A DNA stretch of 64,000 bases from the IMG/VR virus record IMGVR_UViG_3300021185_002017; one strand, written 5' to 3'. Made by a program: the position numbers and the translations under genes. This document shows, one piece after another, positions 28,032 through 37,646 of the stretch. The stretch's first letter is position 1. Each line of letters opens with the position of its first letter. Source of the stretch: a virus (Duplodnaviria > Caudoviricetes). The notes below the pieces were generated by a model. The model had not been told where the DNA came from and ran no database searches. It worked only from the letters and a program-made list of their open reading frames with translations.

Positions 28032-28802
28032 TTAGCCGTTGTCTAAATTGTTTATATTTTCTTTAGTAAGTTTGAAAGTATTTTTTGTTGGATATGTAAA
28101 ATGTTTTTGCAGTTCTGGTCTTTCTGGTTCATCCCACTCGCCGTCTTGACACATTTTAACTGCTACTCCAGATATGCCAACAAGAAGCATTTCTTCATGG
28201 CTACTAAGTATATAACTTTTTATGAAGGGTAGCATTTGACATGGCATAGAACCATGCCATTGTGTTTCGCCATCGAATGCAGGATTTTCATAATCTAATG
28301 TTTCTTGTGCTTGATCGTCGAAATAAAATGTCTTAGTAGTTGGCAATTTTTTATAAATTGTTAGACCTTTATCCGGAGTACAAAATTCTGGCTTAGGGAG
28401 ATCTCTATGTAACCTGTTATATCCATCATCGTATATTGGAGCACAGTCAAGGCCATCTAATAAAAATTGGCTTCTATGTAAATGATCAATATATTCGCCT
28501 TCTGCACCTAGTCCTTCTGCTCGTCCTTCCATTTCACCAGTTGATGGCTCTAGTCCTTCTCTGTCTGCATCAGGCTGATAGTGTCCGTATTTGTCAGACC
28601 AGTTTTTGCTGATCCAAAATTTTTCTTGTGTCCATTCGTTGTCGTCTGCTATGTGAGTTGGTTTGCCTTGGTATGTTTTAGTGTAACCGTTTAGGCCGCC
28701 TTGGTGTGCTTCGTACACTAATTCGCCGTCGAGTAATGTACAAGTTAATTTACCTGTATTGCAGTCCATGTGCCAGTCTAGCAATAGATGTGGTTTATCC
28801 AT
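28032..28802 (-). CDS. hypothetical protein
   Basis: 256 aa ORF in operon. Confidence 0.7.
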   Translation of the reverse strand: MDKPHLLLDWHMDCNTGKLTCTLLDGELVYEAHQGGLNGYTKTYQGKPTHIADDNEWTQEKFWISKNWSDKYGHYQPDADREGLEPSTGEMEGRAEGLGAEGEYIDHLHRSQFLLDGLDCAPIYDDGYNRLHRDLPKPEFCTPDKGLTIYKKLPTTKTFYFDDQAQETLDYENPAFDGETQWHGSMPCQMLPFIKSYILSSHEEMLLVGISGVAVKMCQDGEWDEPERPELQKHFTYPTKNTFKLTKENINNLDNG

Positions 28803-29337
28803 TTGTCATTTTCTCCATCTTTTTAAATGTTTTTTCTCTTTTTGCAAGAGCTCTTTGTAATTTTAAATCACTAGAGTAAGTAGAATCAATAAAAAGCAGT
28901 CCTTTTAAATGATCAAATTCATGCTGAAATACTCTAGCATCTGTTTCAGTTAGTGTTTCTGTTGTCTCTGTGCCGTCTGCAGATTGATACTTAACTACAA
29001 CAGACTCGGGTCGTGTAATATTTAAATACAACAATGGGAATGTTAAACAGCCTTCTTCAATAACGCAAGTACTTTCACTTGTTGCAAGTATTTGAGGATT
29101 ATATATACCTATGTCTCCTTTTGTAGAATGTGACATAACAAACATTTTATGTTGGTCTCCACACTGAGGAGATGCTAGTCCTATGCCTAAGTTGTCGTGC
29201 ATAATAGTAAACATTGCTTGTTCTCTTTCTACCCAATCAATATCAGTGCTTTCAAAAGGGTCTTTTGTTGCCGCAGTGTGTAATGCAGGATGTCTAGGTT
29301 CAACTAGTTCTGCTTGCCATTCCATTTTTTCTGTCAT
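28795..29337 (-). CDS. def: peptide deformylase
   Basis: GIGLASPQ, EGCLT, HEFDH motifs. Confidence 0.92.
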   Translation of the reverse strand: MTEKMEWQAELVEPRHPALHTAATKDPFESTDIDWVEREQAMFTIMHDNLGIGLASPQCGDQHKMFVMSHSTKGDIGIYNPQILATSESTCVIEEGCLTFPLLYLNITRPESVVVKYQSADGTETTETLTETDARVFQHEFDHLKGLLFIDSTYSSDLKLQRALAKREKTFKKMEKMTNG

Positions 29338-29338
29338 T

Positions 29339-29767
29339 TTATCCTCTAAACAATGTTATATATTTATTATAAAGTTCAACTTCTAACTTAAATGCTTCTT
29401 GTTCCCACGGCTGATTTTTAATGTCTCTGATTAAACTCATATCAACACCTTTCCATACTGTGCCACTACCACTAAGCTCACCTTTAATAAATTGCTTCGC
29501 ATGTACTAGTTCATGACACAAGGTTAGTATTCTTTCATTAAACGGATAAGTGTAGTCGTAACTGTTTTTTGCAATATTAATAAAAACTTCTTCGTGGTCG
29601 CCGTAACAATCACCTGCTACATTATTATCGCACTTATTTACAAAATGTACTTCTACTTCTATGTGTCTTTGTAATCTAGGCATCAAGTATCTTAATGCAT
29701 CAAAACACATGTACTCTATTTGTTCTGCTTGTTTTATTTTACCCAGTACATCAACTCTGATCGCCAT
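29339..29767 (-). CDS. HEXXH zinc metallopeptidase-like protein
   Basis: HELVHAKQ..PWEQEA; start at MAIRV after AGGA. Confidence 0.7.
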   Translation of the reverse strand: MAIRVDVLGKIKQAEQIEYMCFDALRYLMPRLQRHIEVEVHFVNKCDNNVAGDCYGDHEEVFINIAKNSYDYTYPFNERILTLCHELVHAKQFIKGELSGSGTVWKGVDMSLIRDIKNQPWEQEAFKLEVELYNKYITLFRG

Positions 29768-30065
29768 CGTCTGATTTCCTAAATAGTTTTCTAATACTTT
29801 CAAATAACGGCGTTACATTGTTGTATTTCTCGTTATAATGAATATATAGATCATCTAGTGGTCCAGTTTCAATAACATCGCCCTTATTGTACACTACACC
29901 ATCGTGCTCAATGCCATCACGCAAAAATTCAATATGTGTTCCACCATGGTTAAACCATTTAGTCATTCGGCCACCGCCTGCTTCTAAAGCAGAAATCTTG
30001 TCGCCTTCTTCGATGTATTCCATGATTTCCATGTATTCCATAACTTTATCTGTATACTGTCCCAT
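29751..30065 (-). CDS. hypothetical protein
   Basis: ORF directly after sigma70 promoter. Confidence 0.65.
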   Translation of the reverse strand: MGQYTDKVMEYMEIMEYIEEGDKISALEAGGGRMTKWFNHGGTHIEFLRDGIEHDGVVYNKGDVIETGPLDDLYIHYNEKYNNVTPLFESIRKLFRKSDDGDQS

Positions 30066-30071
30066 AATGAT

Positions 30072-30100
30072 ATTATACTATAATCTCCGTTGTTTGTCAA
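30072..30100 (-). promoter_or_regulatory. sigma70-type promoter
   Basis: TTGACA-17 nt-TATAAT. Confidence 0.8.
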
Positions 30101-30993
30101 TCAAACAATAGGTCTGTCAAACCCATCATAGATTCACCTGAATCCAATCTTCTTTTGTATTCTTGTAACTCTGGAGTTAATGCATCTCCTGGTCGACCTA
30201 CACCAATATTTCCATTGTCTGTTATGTAGTCATTCCACTCAATGTCACTTCGTACAAGCATATCTATTCTTTCTTCTATTGTTGCCTCTTCCCATACTGG
30301 TATACTTGGATCATCTATCGCTATCTGGTGTGGATTAACCCATGCAAAAGGATCGTGTACTCTAAACTTATCTGAAGGCCTACTCATCATTGTGTTGACC
30401 CATTTTAAACTATTGGATACTTTTATATTTCTGCTTTTAGCAAACTCTAACATATCTACATGGCACTCTTTTGTTTCTGATGCTGGTATAACAACTCTAT
30501 CAGCCATAGTACAATAAGTATCTACTGTGCCTGCAAGAAAATGATCTTTCATTCCTACATTACGATTTCCGTATCTATCAACTAAGTTTGTAAAAGAGTT
30601 TGTATACCAAGTATTTTCTGCAATAGGCGTAACTGGAATATCAGGTACTCTAGTAGTAAGTACATCGAATCTAGTTTCGAAAACAGCATCGTATGGTGTC
30701 TGATGATGATTATGTCTTATATGCGGTGCCGCTAGTGTAGAAAGTAGTGCAGGTCCACTCCAAGAAGTATATAAACTTTCTTGTGGATTTACTGCTAACG
30801 AAAACACAGGTGTTTTGCCAGCATCGTCGAATGAATTAATTATTAGATGTTGTTTTAAATCTGGTGTTTTCCATGTAAACAAATAGTAATCTACATTTTC
30901 TGCAATACTATCAAAGAAATCAAATACAACTGGAGAATTATAACTCCATGTTCGTAAGTGTCCTCGAAGTACAACTGCAATATTCTTCATCAT
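30097..30993 (-). CDS. putative glycosyltransferase-like protein
   Basis: RGHLRTW, YDAVFETRFD, DHF pattern; last gene of sugar operon. Confidence 0.4.
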   Translation of the reverse strand: MMKNIAVVLRGHLRTWSYNSPVVFDFFDSIAENVDYYLFTWKTPDLKQHLIINSFDDAGKTPVFSLAVNPQESLYTSWSGPALLSTLAAPHIRHNHHQTPYDAVFETRFDVLTTRVPDIPVTPIAENTWYTNSFTNLVDRYGNRNVGMKDHFLAGTVDTYCTMADRVVIPASETKECHVDMLEFAKSRNIKVSNSLKWVNTMMSRPSDKFRVHDPFAWVNPHQIAIDDPSIPVWEEATIEERIDMLVRSDIEWNDYITDNGNIGVGRPGDALTPELQEYKRRLDSGESMMGLTDLLFD

Positions 30994-31832
30994 ATAATAT
31001 TTCTCTCTTTACAAAAATCAAACATGTATTGGCCCCATATTTTATGACCTAATGCACTAGGGTGGTACACAATAAAAGAATCTTCCAAGTTGCCTTTTTC
31101 GATCATTACTTTGTGTGCTGTTGAGTCTTTATTAATAAAACTGTTATTGTCAATTAAGTTCCACAGTGTTGACAGCTCGTCTGTCATTACTAAGTTTTTA
31201 TCTCTGTAAACTTCGTCGTTCCACTCTCTAAGCATTTGTTCATGGTGGTGATAAAACGCTTGGTGCATAACATACTTTATGTTAAAACTCTTTAACAGCA
31301 TCTGTGTTAAAAATACTGTGTGTATATATTTAGTAACAAATCCTTTAGCATCTCCGAATAAATCAAAAAATAAATTATAGAATTCGTGTAATTTTTTGCC
31401 TTCTACTTCGCCTAATTGTCCTGTAAAGTCTTGATCTAAACTCCACGGACCATAAGGTGCATAGTTTGTATCTCCAAACTGTTCTTTGTAGTAATGCTCT
31501 GTGCGTTCAGGACTTGTCCAACCAATGCTAACAAATAGTTCTTCAGTGTTCTCTCCAGTAAGGTAACCATTGGTTGCTAAGTACGCAACTAACTTTCTAA
31601 ATATAGCATCGTTGCTTTGCGAAGGCAAACTTAAATCTTCTATGTTGTCAATGTTTGCTAGTTTTGCAAATTGGTTTATATAACGATGCTCAAGCCTGTA
31701 TTTAATGTTTTCAGGAACACTTTGCCTCTCAAATCCACCACCAGGTAAATTCATAATTGGCTCCGGGTCAATTACAGGGTCTACTAGCTCTGCTCCCCAA
31801 CACCAACTGTCTCCACATGCTAACAGTTTCAT
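30990..31832 (-). CDS. SGNH/GDSL-like protein
   Basis: ACGDSWCWG, SND, YHPSALGH. Confidence 0.65.
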   Translation of the reverse strand: MKLLACGDSWCWGAELVDPVIDPEPIMNLPGGGFERQSVPENIKYRLEHRYINQFAKLANIDNIEDLSLPSQSNDAIFRKLVAYLATNGYLTGENTEELFVSIGWTSPERTEHYYKEQFGDTNYAPYGPWSLDQDFTGQLGEVEGKKLHEFYNLFFDLFGDAKGFVTKYIHTVFLTQMLLKSFNIKYVMHQAFYHHHEQMLREWNDEVYRDKNLVMTDELSTLWNLIDNNSFINKDSTAHKVMIEKGNLEDSFIVYHPSALGHKIWGQYMFDFCKERNII

Positions 31833-32296
31833 ATCATCTCCCTAATTGTAGCAACATAGTCACTACAAATACCGTAGCAAGGATTCAGTACATAGTCTGT
31901 GAAGTCTATGTTATCTGGGTGCATACAATATTCAGGCATGACTTGTATGCCGTTTATACTTGATGTTCCTTTACCAGGACTAGTCCAAACATATCCTTTA
32001 CTAGTTAGTGTGTGTTCATCGTTTTCGTGCCAGAACACATTTCTTTTTATGCTGTGTAATAATATTAATGCATCTAAATTTTTTGCATGTATCCAAAATC
32101 TAGGATCGTCTAAGAATGATGATAGTACACTGTATGTAGGTTCGTCATGTCCTAACATAAAGCCAGTATCAACATGATACCAAACATCTACTTCTACATC
32201 GAATCCTTCTGCTAATGCAAGTTGTATTTGATCTGGATGATTTTCTATTTTAGGATCAGGCCCGTTCATTAATCCTCTGTGTGCTATTAATTTCAT
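31829..32296 (-). CDS. glycerophosphodiester phosphodiesterase-like protein
   Basis: IAHRG, EN, VEVDVW, HD, IHAKN. Confidence 0.75.
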   Translation of the reverse strand: MKLIAHRGLMNGPDPKIENHPDQIQLALAEGFDVEVDVWYHVDTGFMLGHDEPTYSVLSSFLDDPRFWIHAKNLDALILLHSIKRNVFWHENDEHTLTSKGYVWTSPGKGTSSINGIQVMPEYCMHPDNIDFTDYVLNPCYGICSDYVATIREMI

Positions 32297-32997
32297 TTTA
32301 GTAAATTCTTTGTTTCTTCATACCCACCACTAATATGAAATGATTTGCCTGCATTTGTAATTTTAATTTGATCTGCTAATGGTTTGTCAATCCCCCAATC
32401 ACTCATTTTATCACCATAAAACCATATGTCTGGATTTGGAGCATAGTTGCACACAAACTCTAATATTTGTCCTTTGTGTGCTCCACGCAAACAAATATCT
32501 ATACTTATGTCGCCACCTATAAAAACATCAAACCTTGGAAACTTTTCTTTAAATTCTTGTGCTATGCTAAGCCTTTCTTGTGTTTGCGAATCATAATGTT
32601 TGTATTCTGCTCGTTGTCTAGTACTAGCATCTCTACCAACAATACTAAAGTTTACACTGCCTGGTCTTTTTGCAATATGTGTTCCTGCTCTAACAGGGTA
32701 AGGACTAGAATTTATTTTGTTGAGTAAATATTGTTCTTCTTCCTCAGTGAATTCAAACTCATTTAGTACTACAGTTCTACCTTCCTGTGTAATACTATTA
32801 CCCATACAATTTGCAACAATTATTGCTCTTTCGGTTATTTCACGACCAACTTGTTCTATTGTTCGTTCGTATGTGCTACCTGTTACAAGACCATAAGTTT
32901 TTGTTGAGCTCCAGCCTATAAACCATTGCTTAAAATCTTCATTTATATTTACGCCAGTGTCTGTGAGTACACCGTCTATGTCAAACAGATATATCAT
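32293..32997 (-). CDS. HAD-IIB phosphatase / phosphomannomutase-like
   Basis: FDIDGVLT, VTGS, RPGSVNFS, K..FYGDK..GID. Confidence 0.8.
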   Translation of the reverse strand: MIYLFDIDGVLTDTGVNINEDFKQWFIGWSSTKTYGLVTGSTYERTIEQVGREITERAIIVANCMGNSITQEGRTVVLNEFEFTEEEEQYLLNKINSSPYPVRAGTHIAKRPGSVNFSIVGRDASTRQRAEYKHYDSQTQERLSIAQEFKEKFPRFDVFIGGDISIDICLRGAHKGQILEFVCNYAPNPDIWFYGDKMSDWGIDKPLADQIKITNAGKSFHISGGYEETKNLLK

Positions 32998-33323
32998 TTA
33001 TCACCCACAACAACTTTGTCAGTGCTATCGCCTGGTACTTTAACACAAAGTATTTTACAGTCTTCGTGGAAAGTAGGATCAGCAATTTCTCCTGGGTGTA
33101 TAACAAAAATATCTCCTACTTCTAATTCTTTGTCGCATACATTCATTTTACCTTCTAGCAGTACATTGTACTCTGTACCAACAGGATGGTAGTGTGCAGG
33201 CCATACTTCACCTGCAGGGTGCGTTAATACACCTACTTCGAAATCTTTGGTTTTAAGAACACTAGGCTCAAAGTCACCAATTAACCAACCTCTGGTCATA
33301 TCTTTTAATTTACTTACTTCCAT
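32994..33323 (-). CDS. cupin domain protein
   Basis: GWLIGDFEP, AHYH..EYN. Confidence 0.7.
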   Translation of the reverse strand: MEVSKLKDMTRGWLIGDFEPSVLKTKDFEVGVLTHPAGEVWPAHYHPVGTEYNVLLEGKMNVCDKELEVGDIFVIHPGEIADPTFHEDCKILCVKVPGDSTDKVVVGDK

Positions 33324-34014
33324 TATATTTGTCTAAGTCCTCTGGTGTTCCAATAAAATGTATTTCGTTATCATCAATCATGTAGTCGCCAACTGTTAAG
33401 CCGTCTTCGATTAAATAATTATATGTAGCACTAATGTAAAACTCGTTTAATGATCTATTATCTTCTGCTATCATTCTTTTACCTGCGCCGACAAAGTCTG
33501 AGCCGTGTTTCCAATAGTGTATTCCTGTTAATGCATTGTTACTGATTACTTCCTTCTCAACAACTTTTGTTACAAAGGTAGACTCAGTGTCTAATAACGC
33601 ATAACTATGTTTAGGATTATCGTCGTCTATGGTAACAAGTCCTGCATCAAACATTCTTAATCGTGTAATAGCAGGTAACGAATTCCATTCCATAACTTGA
33701 TCGCAATTAGCAATAATTAGTTCTTCATCATTGTTAATGAGATCTTCTAGTAATAATACAGATTGAACAGCACCGTCTGTTACATAATCTATAACAGTAA
33801 ATGTACAGTTAGGCGTAAGTAGTTCTAGTTCTTCTTGTATAGTACTAGTATATTCGTGTGCTGGTAAAATATAATGATATGTTCCTGCTAAGTCAAGTGT
33901 TTTTACAGCAAGGGCAATCATAGACATACCGTCAACTTTTATGTACGGTTTTGGTTCAGTGTATAGCGGCTTAAATCTACTGCCAGCGCCTGCTGCAGGA
34001 ATGATTATGTTCAT
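33310..34014 (-). CDS. sugar/polyol-phosphate nucleotidyltransferase
   Basis: IIPAAGAGSRF, PKP, ANCDQ, VEK, EFYIS, GTPEDL. Confidence 0.85.
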   Translation of the reverse strand: MNIIIPAAGAGSRFKPLYTEPKPYIKVDGMSMIALAVKTLDLAGTYHYILPAHEYTSTIQEELELLTPNCTFTVIDYVTDGAVQSVLLLEDLINNDEELIIANCDQVMEWNSLPAITRLRMFDAGLVTIDDDNPKHSYALLDTESTFVTKVVEKEVISNNALTGIHYWKHGSDFVGAGKRMIAEDNRSLNEFYISATYNYLIEDGLTVGDYMIDDNEIHFIGTPEDLDKYNGSK

Positions 34015-34038
34015 GCTACTATTTATTTGGCGAATATG

Positions 34039-34680
34039 CTATAGACAGTCTTTTAACGGCAACACAATATCTCGAAGTTTATCGCCTCTGCCGTTGCGAT
34101 TGTCTTGTTCTTCTTCTTTTAATTGGCTCCATGTAGACAAATTAAATGCTGTACTTATTCGTAATACATCTGATGTATTCTTTTGCCCCCAATGCCATAT
34201 GTGCCCGGGCATCATAATAAAATGACCATTATAATTTGGTATTGGTGTTATTACCCTGTCAAAAGGATCGTTTGATGATGCATAGTATGTTTCTGTTCCA
34301 GTATCTCTGATAACATAATTGCCATGCCAGTCGCCATAATGCTTATGAGGATCTAATGTTTTTCCTTTTGGCCAAACATTAATCCAACTCTTAAAATAAT
34401 AGTCTTGGTAGTCATTGCCTACAAGTTCTAAAGCCTCAGCAATGCACCCAAATATAAATTTTAGTTTAGGAAAAACTTCTATGCAAGTGTAGTCATGATA
34501 TGTTCTCCAACTTCCGGACATGTAATCATAATCATTAAGTTCGTCGTCCCATGGAAATATTTCACTACTGCGTTCAATTATCTCATCACCTATAGCATCT
34601 AAATCTTCAGGAAGACATTTTCCATCTACTAGTGGATTTGCGTATATGCTAGATAATTTTAAATCTATCATCTGTGCCAC
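34039..34680 (-). CDS. 2OG-Fe(II) oxygenase-like protein
   Basis: SWINV..PHKH..HW..RISTAFN. Confidence 0.65.
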   Translation of the reverse strand: MAQMIDLKLSSIYANPLVDGKCLPEDLDAIGDEIIERSSEIFPWDDELNDYDYMSGSWRTYHDYTCIEVFPKLKFIFGCIAEALELVGNDYQDYYFKSWINVWPKGKTLDPHKHYGDWHGNYVIRDTGTETYYASSNDPFDRVITPIPNYNGHFIMMPGHIWHWGQKNTSDVLRISTAFNLSTWSQLKEEEQDNRNGRGDKLRDIVLPLKDCL

Positions 34681-35240
34681 ACATTTTTTTGTTCATAACT
34701 TGAAGCTCGTAGTCCTTTTATATTACTAAAACTAAAATAGCCAGTTAGCCTAACAAAGTTATCTATTGGTGTGTCTGCTTTATGCCAAGTCCTGCCATCA
34801 AAAATTACTAACCTATTGAACACATTTTCGATCTCTTCGTCACCTACAGTCAAACCATTACCTATTGTGTACTTGGTTATCATTGGATTTAGAAATACTA
34901 AACAACTAACATAGTATGAGTCATCGGTAAATTTGTCAGGGTTTATATCAACATGTCCTACCATTTCATCTTGTTCTGTGTTTACATTCAAGTGCGATCT
35001 AGTAAGATGATTAATTTTAATTTTAGAATTAAATTGCTGTGCGTAAGGTAATAACCAAGATTCAACATCAAAAACATTGTACATATCTTGAATGCTAAAC
35101 AGTGTAGATAAAAATGCAGGATTAGATTCATCTGCTTCACGCCTACAAAGAGTTAGCCGAACATCATTAACATAATGGTTCTTCCATTTTTCTACAACAC
35201 TATCTGGCATTGCATTGTCTATAATCATTACATTTTTCAT
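34668..35240 (-). CDS. 2OG-Fe(II) oxygenase
   Basis: HVD..NRLVIFDG..WH..R. Confidence 0.7.
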   Translation of the reverse strand: MKNVMIIDNAMPDSVVEKWKNHYVNDVRLTLCRREADESNPAFLSTLFSIQDMYNVFDVESWLLPYAQQFNSKIKINHLTRSHLNVNTEQDEMVGHVDINPDKFTDDSYYVSCLVFLNPMITKYTIGNGLTVGDEEIENVFNRLVIFDGRTWHKADTPIDNFVRLTGYFSFSNIKGLRASSYEQKNVWHR

Positions 35241-35252
35241 TCTATTCCTAAG

Positions 35253-35327
35253 TGGAGCGGATGCCGAGAATCGAACTCGGATCTAAACCTTGGCAAGGTC
35301 TCATAATAGCCGTTATACTACATCCGC
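35253..35327 (-). tRNA. tRNA-Gly(GCC)
   Basis: cloverleaf, loop TT GCC AA, CCA. Confidence 0.92.
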
Positions 35328-35332
35328 AAACC

Positions 35333-35407
35333 TGGCGGTCTGACGGGGAATCGAACCCCGAACACCGCCGTGACAGGGCGGAATTATAACCGTTTAACTA
35401 CCAGACC
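35333..35407 (-). tRNA. tRNA-Asp(GTC)
   Basis: CCGCC-CT GTC AC-GGCGG, CCA. Confidence 0.95.
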
Positions 35408-35480
35408 GTAGTGTAGGGTTCGCCGCCCTACCCTCTACTCTACTGCATTATTTTGACAGTCCAAATGCTGTTGACTGATG

Positions 35481-35556
35481 TGGTGGAGCCGACAGGGGTC
35501 GAACCTGCGACCTTCTGGATGCAAACCAGACGCTCTCCCAACTGAGCTACGGCCCC
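35481..35556 (-). tRNA. tRNA-Ala(TGC)
   Basis: GGGGCCG start (G3:U70), TCTGG-TT TGC AT-CCAGA, CCA. Confidence 0.95.
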
Positions 35557-35570
35557 GCGAACAAGTATTT

Positions 35571-35599
35571 ATTATACAGTCTTTGGGTATAACTGTCAA
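35571..35599 (-). promoter_or_regulatory. sigma70-type promoter for tRNA cluster
   Basis: TTGACA-17 nt-TATAAT. Confidence 0.8.
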
Positions 35600-36465
35600 C
35601 CTGGCAGTGAAACTATTTTTTGTAATTGTTCAAGTCCATAGAAAGTATTATCTCTGTCCTTTGTTATTCTCGAATCTGGATTACTAAACCATTTCTTTTC
35701 ATCTGCTTTTGCTAAATCTTTTGTGTAATTGCTAAAAGTACAATTAAATATTTTTTCTAAATAAACAACATGTTCAGTTGGTAACGGATGTATATCGTAT
35801 GTGTTTACTTTATACTTTGATTTAAGTAGTAACTCACGAGTTCTGTATTTGCTATACATCGCTGTTATTTCTGGTTCACTCTCTGTGTGTATTTTTACAA
35901 AGTTTTCCAATACATCACCGTATGAATTAGATGTCGGATATAACACACTAAGGAAACTTGGCAATGCTATTTTATCACTTATAGGAGACATTTGTAAATT
36001 AATACAAGTACATTTTAATGTATCTTGATATAGCAATGAGGATTCAATTGCTATTGCTGACTCTAGTTCTAGTGTTCTTTGTGTTTGGAATGATTGTATA
36101 CCCTCCATAACACTTTTTTTAAAATCAGTTGTTGCTCTTCCGTGTCCTTTCCATTTCTCAGTGATATCACCGTAGTGTTTCCATTCATTTGACTCACTCC
36201 AAAAACTATCACCAAGTACACTGAGTCTATTATGTCCAGTCCATTGTGTAATTACTAAATCATCTTCTGTGAGTTTATAAGTTTCATCAAGCAAAAACAA
36301 TTGGTTTTGTATGTACTTGTTACTTGCGCCGGAATGGCCTAAATTGTATAAAGGAATGTTTAATTCTTGTGATAGCACAGATGCCCAAGTAGGCCAATTA
36401 TTGTAGTTAGTAAAACTACAACCTATTGCAAACAGCCGGTTATACTTTTTGGAAAAGTCTATCAT
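35596..36465 (-). CDS. SGNH-like protein (GCSFT family)
   Basis: AIGCSFT..WPTW, GASN, DIHP. Confidence 0.6.
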   Translation of the reverse strand: MIDFSKKYNRLFAIGCSFTNYNNWPTWASVLSQELNIPLYNLGHSGASNKYIQNQLFLLDETYKLTEDDLVITQWTGHNRLSVLGDSFWSESNEWKHYGDITEKWKGHGRATTDFKKSVMEGIQSFQTQRTLELESAIAIESSLLYQDTLKCTCINLQMSPISDKIALPSFLSVLYPTSNSYGDVLENFVKIHTESEPEITAMYSKYRTRELLLKSKYKVNTYDIHPLPTEHVVYLEKIFNCTFSNYTKDLAKADEKKWFSNPDSRITKDRDNTFYGLEQLQKIVSLPG

Positions 36466-36488
36466 AGTAATATTTATTCGACCGAATG

Positions 36489-36578
36489 TGGCGGAAAGGG
36501 AGAGATTCGAACTCTCGGTACAGTTACCCGTACTCTTCCTTAGCAGGGAAGTGCTTTAAGCCACTCAGCCACCTTTCC
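36489..36578 (-). tRNA. tRNA-Ser(GCT)
   Basis: long variable arm, CTTCC-CT GCT AA-GGAAG, GCCA. Confidence 0.95.
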
Positions 36579-36585
36579 GTGTTTT

Positions 36586-36662
36586 TGGCCTCCCGAGCAG
36601 GAGTCGAACCTGCAACCTACGGCTTAGAAGGCCGTTGCTCTATCCAATTGAGCTATCGGGAG
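36586..36662 (-). tRNA. tRNA-Arg(TCT)
   Basis: ACGGC-CT TCT AA-GCCGT, GCCA. Confidence 0.95.
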
Positions 36663-36670
36663 TTACCCTT

Positions 36671-37243
36671 TTAATCGCTAGGATATTCAAACCATCCAGT
36701 AGCGATATATTTGTTCTCTTGTAAATCTGGTTCTGCTCTGTGCATATGAGTATATGACGCAGGCCAAATTACAAGAGTACCTTGTGTAGGTTTTATACTA
36801 CACTCTTGATGTAACCAACTTGTAGAACCTCCTAGTTCTACATCGTTTAAATATAACATCCAAACTGCAAATCTTGTTTTACCTAACACACCTTGTTCTG
36901 TGTGCCATTCTGTAAATCCTTCTCCAAGTCCTGATTTTTGATATTTAAATGTAGGAACTATAACAGCCTTGGAGGGCAATTTAGTTACAGTATACTGATT
37001 GTTGTACTTAATAAATTCTTGCCTTATTATAGACTTTATTTCTTTTGATACAGAAGCAAAAGGACTTTGTTTATCTTTTGTATCTGCAAATATTTCTACA
37101 TCGTTTCTTACAGGATTATTATCATTTACTAGCATGTCTTCAAAACCACTAGCAATACAACTTTCCATTATTTCGATTGCACTATTGCATGTGTTGCTTG
37201 ACACTGCATTTTTGCTAATCTGAATAAAAGTTTCTTGCTTCAT
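36671..37243 (-). CDS. 2OG-Fe(II) oxygenase (prolyl-hydroxylase-like)
   Basis: WHTE..MLYLND..WPASYTHMHR..KYIATGW. Confidence 0.85.
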   Translation of the reverse strand: MKQETFIQISKNAVSSNTCNSAIEIMESCIASGFEDMLVNDNNPVRNDVEIFADTKDKQSPFASVSKEIKSIIRQEFIKYNNQYTVTKLPSKAVIVPTFKYQKSGLGEGFTEWHTEQGVLGKTRFAVWMLYLNDVELGGSTSWLHQECSIKPTQGTLVIWPASYTHMHRAEPDLQENKYIATGWFEYPSD

Positions 37244-37248
37244 AATTC

Positions 37249-37368
37249 ATCAGTTGAAGAGGCCCCGCACCAGTCTTCTCTGGCTTGTACTAAAAAATGT
37301 ACTGCACCTCACGACCCCTCTAATACTCAGGGACCGCCTCTTCTCGCCCTTGTTTACCCTCTGCTGAT
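37249..37368 (-). ncRNA. candidate four-way-junction structured RNA
   Basis: GAAGAGGC/GCCTCTTC stem enclosing three hairpins; own sigma70 promoter. Confidence 0.45.
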
Positions 37369-37376
37369 TCTATCTC

Positions 37377-37580
37377 CTAACATTCAAATTTGTGTTTATT
37401 ATACAGTTCTTGAGCAATGTTGTCAAGTCCTAAACCACAACAAATGTTCATTTGTCGACGAATCTCTTCTGCTTGTTCGTTGCCACGTTTCCATGCACGA
37501 TGATCATCACTATATTGATAAGTCCAATCGTGTGTTTTTAATAACTTTTCAAGGGTATCTAAGTCTGGATGTAATGACAT
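37377..37580 (-). CDS. conserved small phage protein
   Basis: HDWTYQYSDDHRAWKRG motif. Confidence 0.7.
   Translation of the reverse strand: MSLHPDLDTLEKLLKTHDWTYQYSDDHRAWKRGNEQAEEIRRQMNICCGLGLDNIAQELYNKHKFEC
37398..37426 (-). promoter_or_regulatory. sigma70-type promoter (inside ORF end)
   Basis: TTGACA-17 nt-TATAAT. Confidence 0.75.
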
Positions 37581-37613
37581 TTAACGCCTTCCTATGTTGT
37601 TAATTTCGAGGTT

Positions 37614-37641
37614 ATTATAGCACATACTACTACTAAGTCAA
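37614..37641 (-). promoter_or_regulatory. sigma70-type promoter
   Basis: TTGACT-16 nt-TATAAT with extended -10 TG. Confidence 0.65.
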
Positions 37642-37646
37642 CCATT

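Noticed and set aside
35408-35480. Degenerate tRNA in the Asp-Ala spacer (also the 39833..39878 hairpin)
   Set aside because: Only isolated hairpins; no T-loop or CCA
37256-37343. Cobalamin riboswitch resemblance (AGCCAG..AGAC)
   Set aside because: Lacks GGGAA, GCCCCCGCAACTGT and GCCACTG elements
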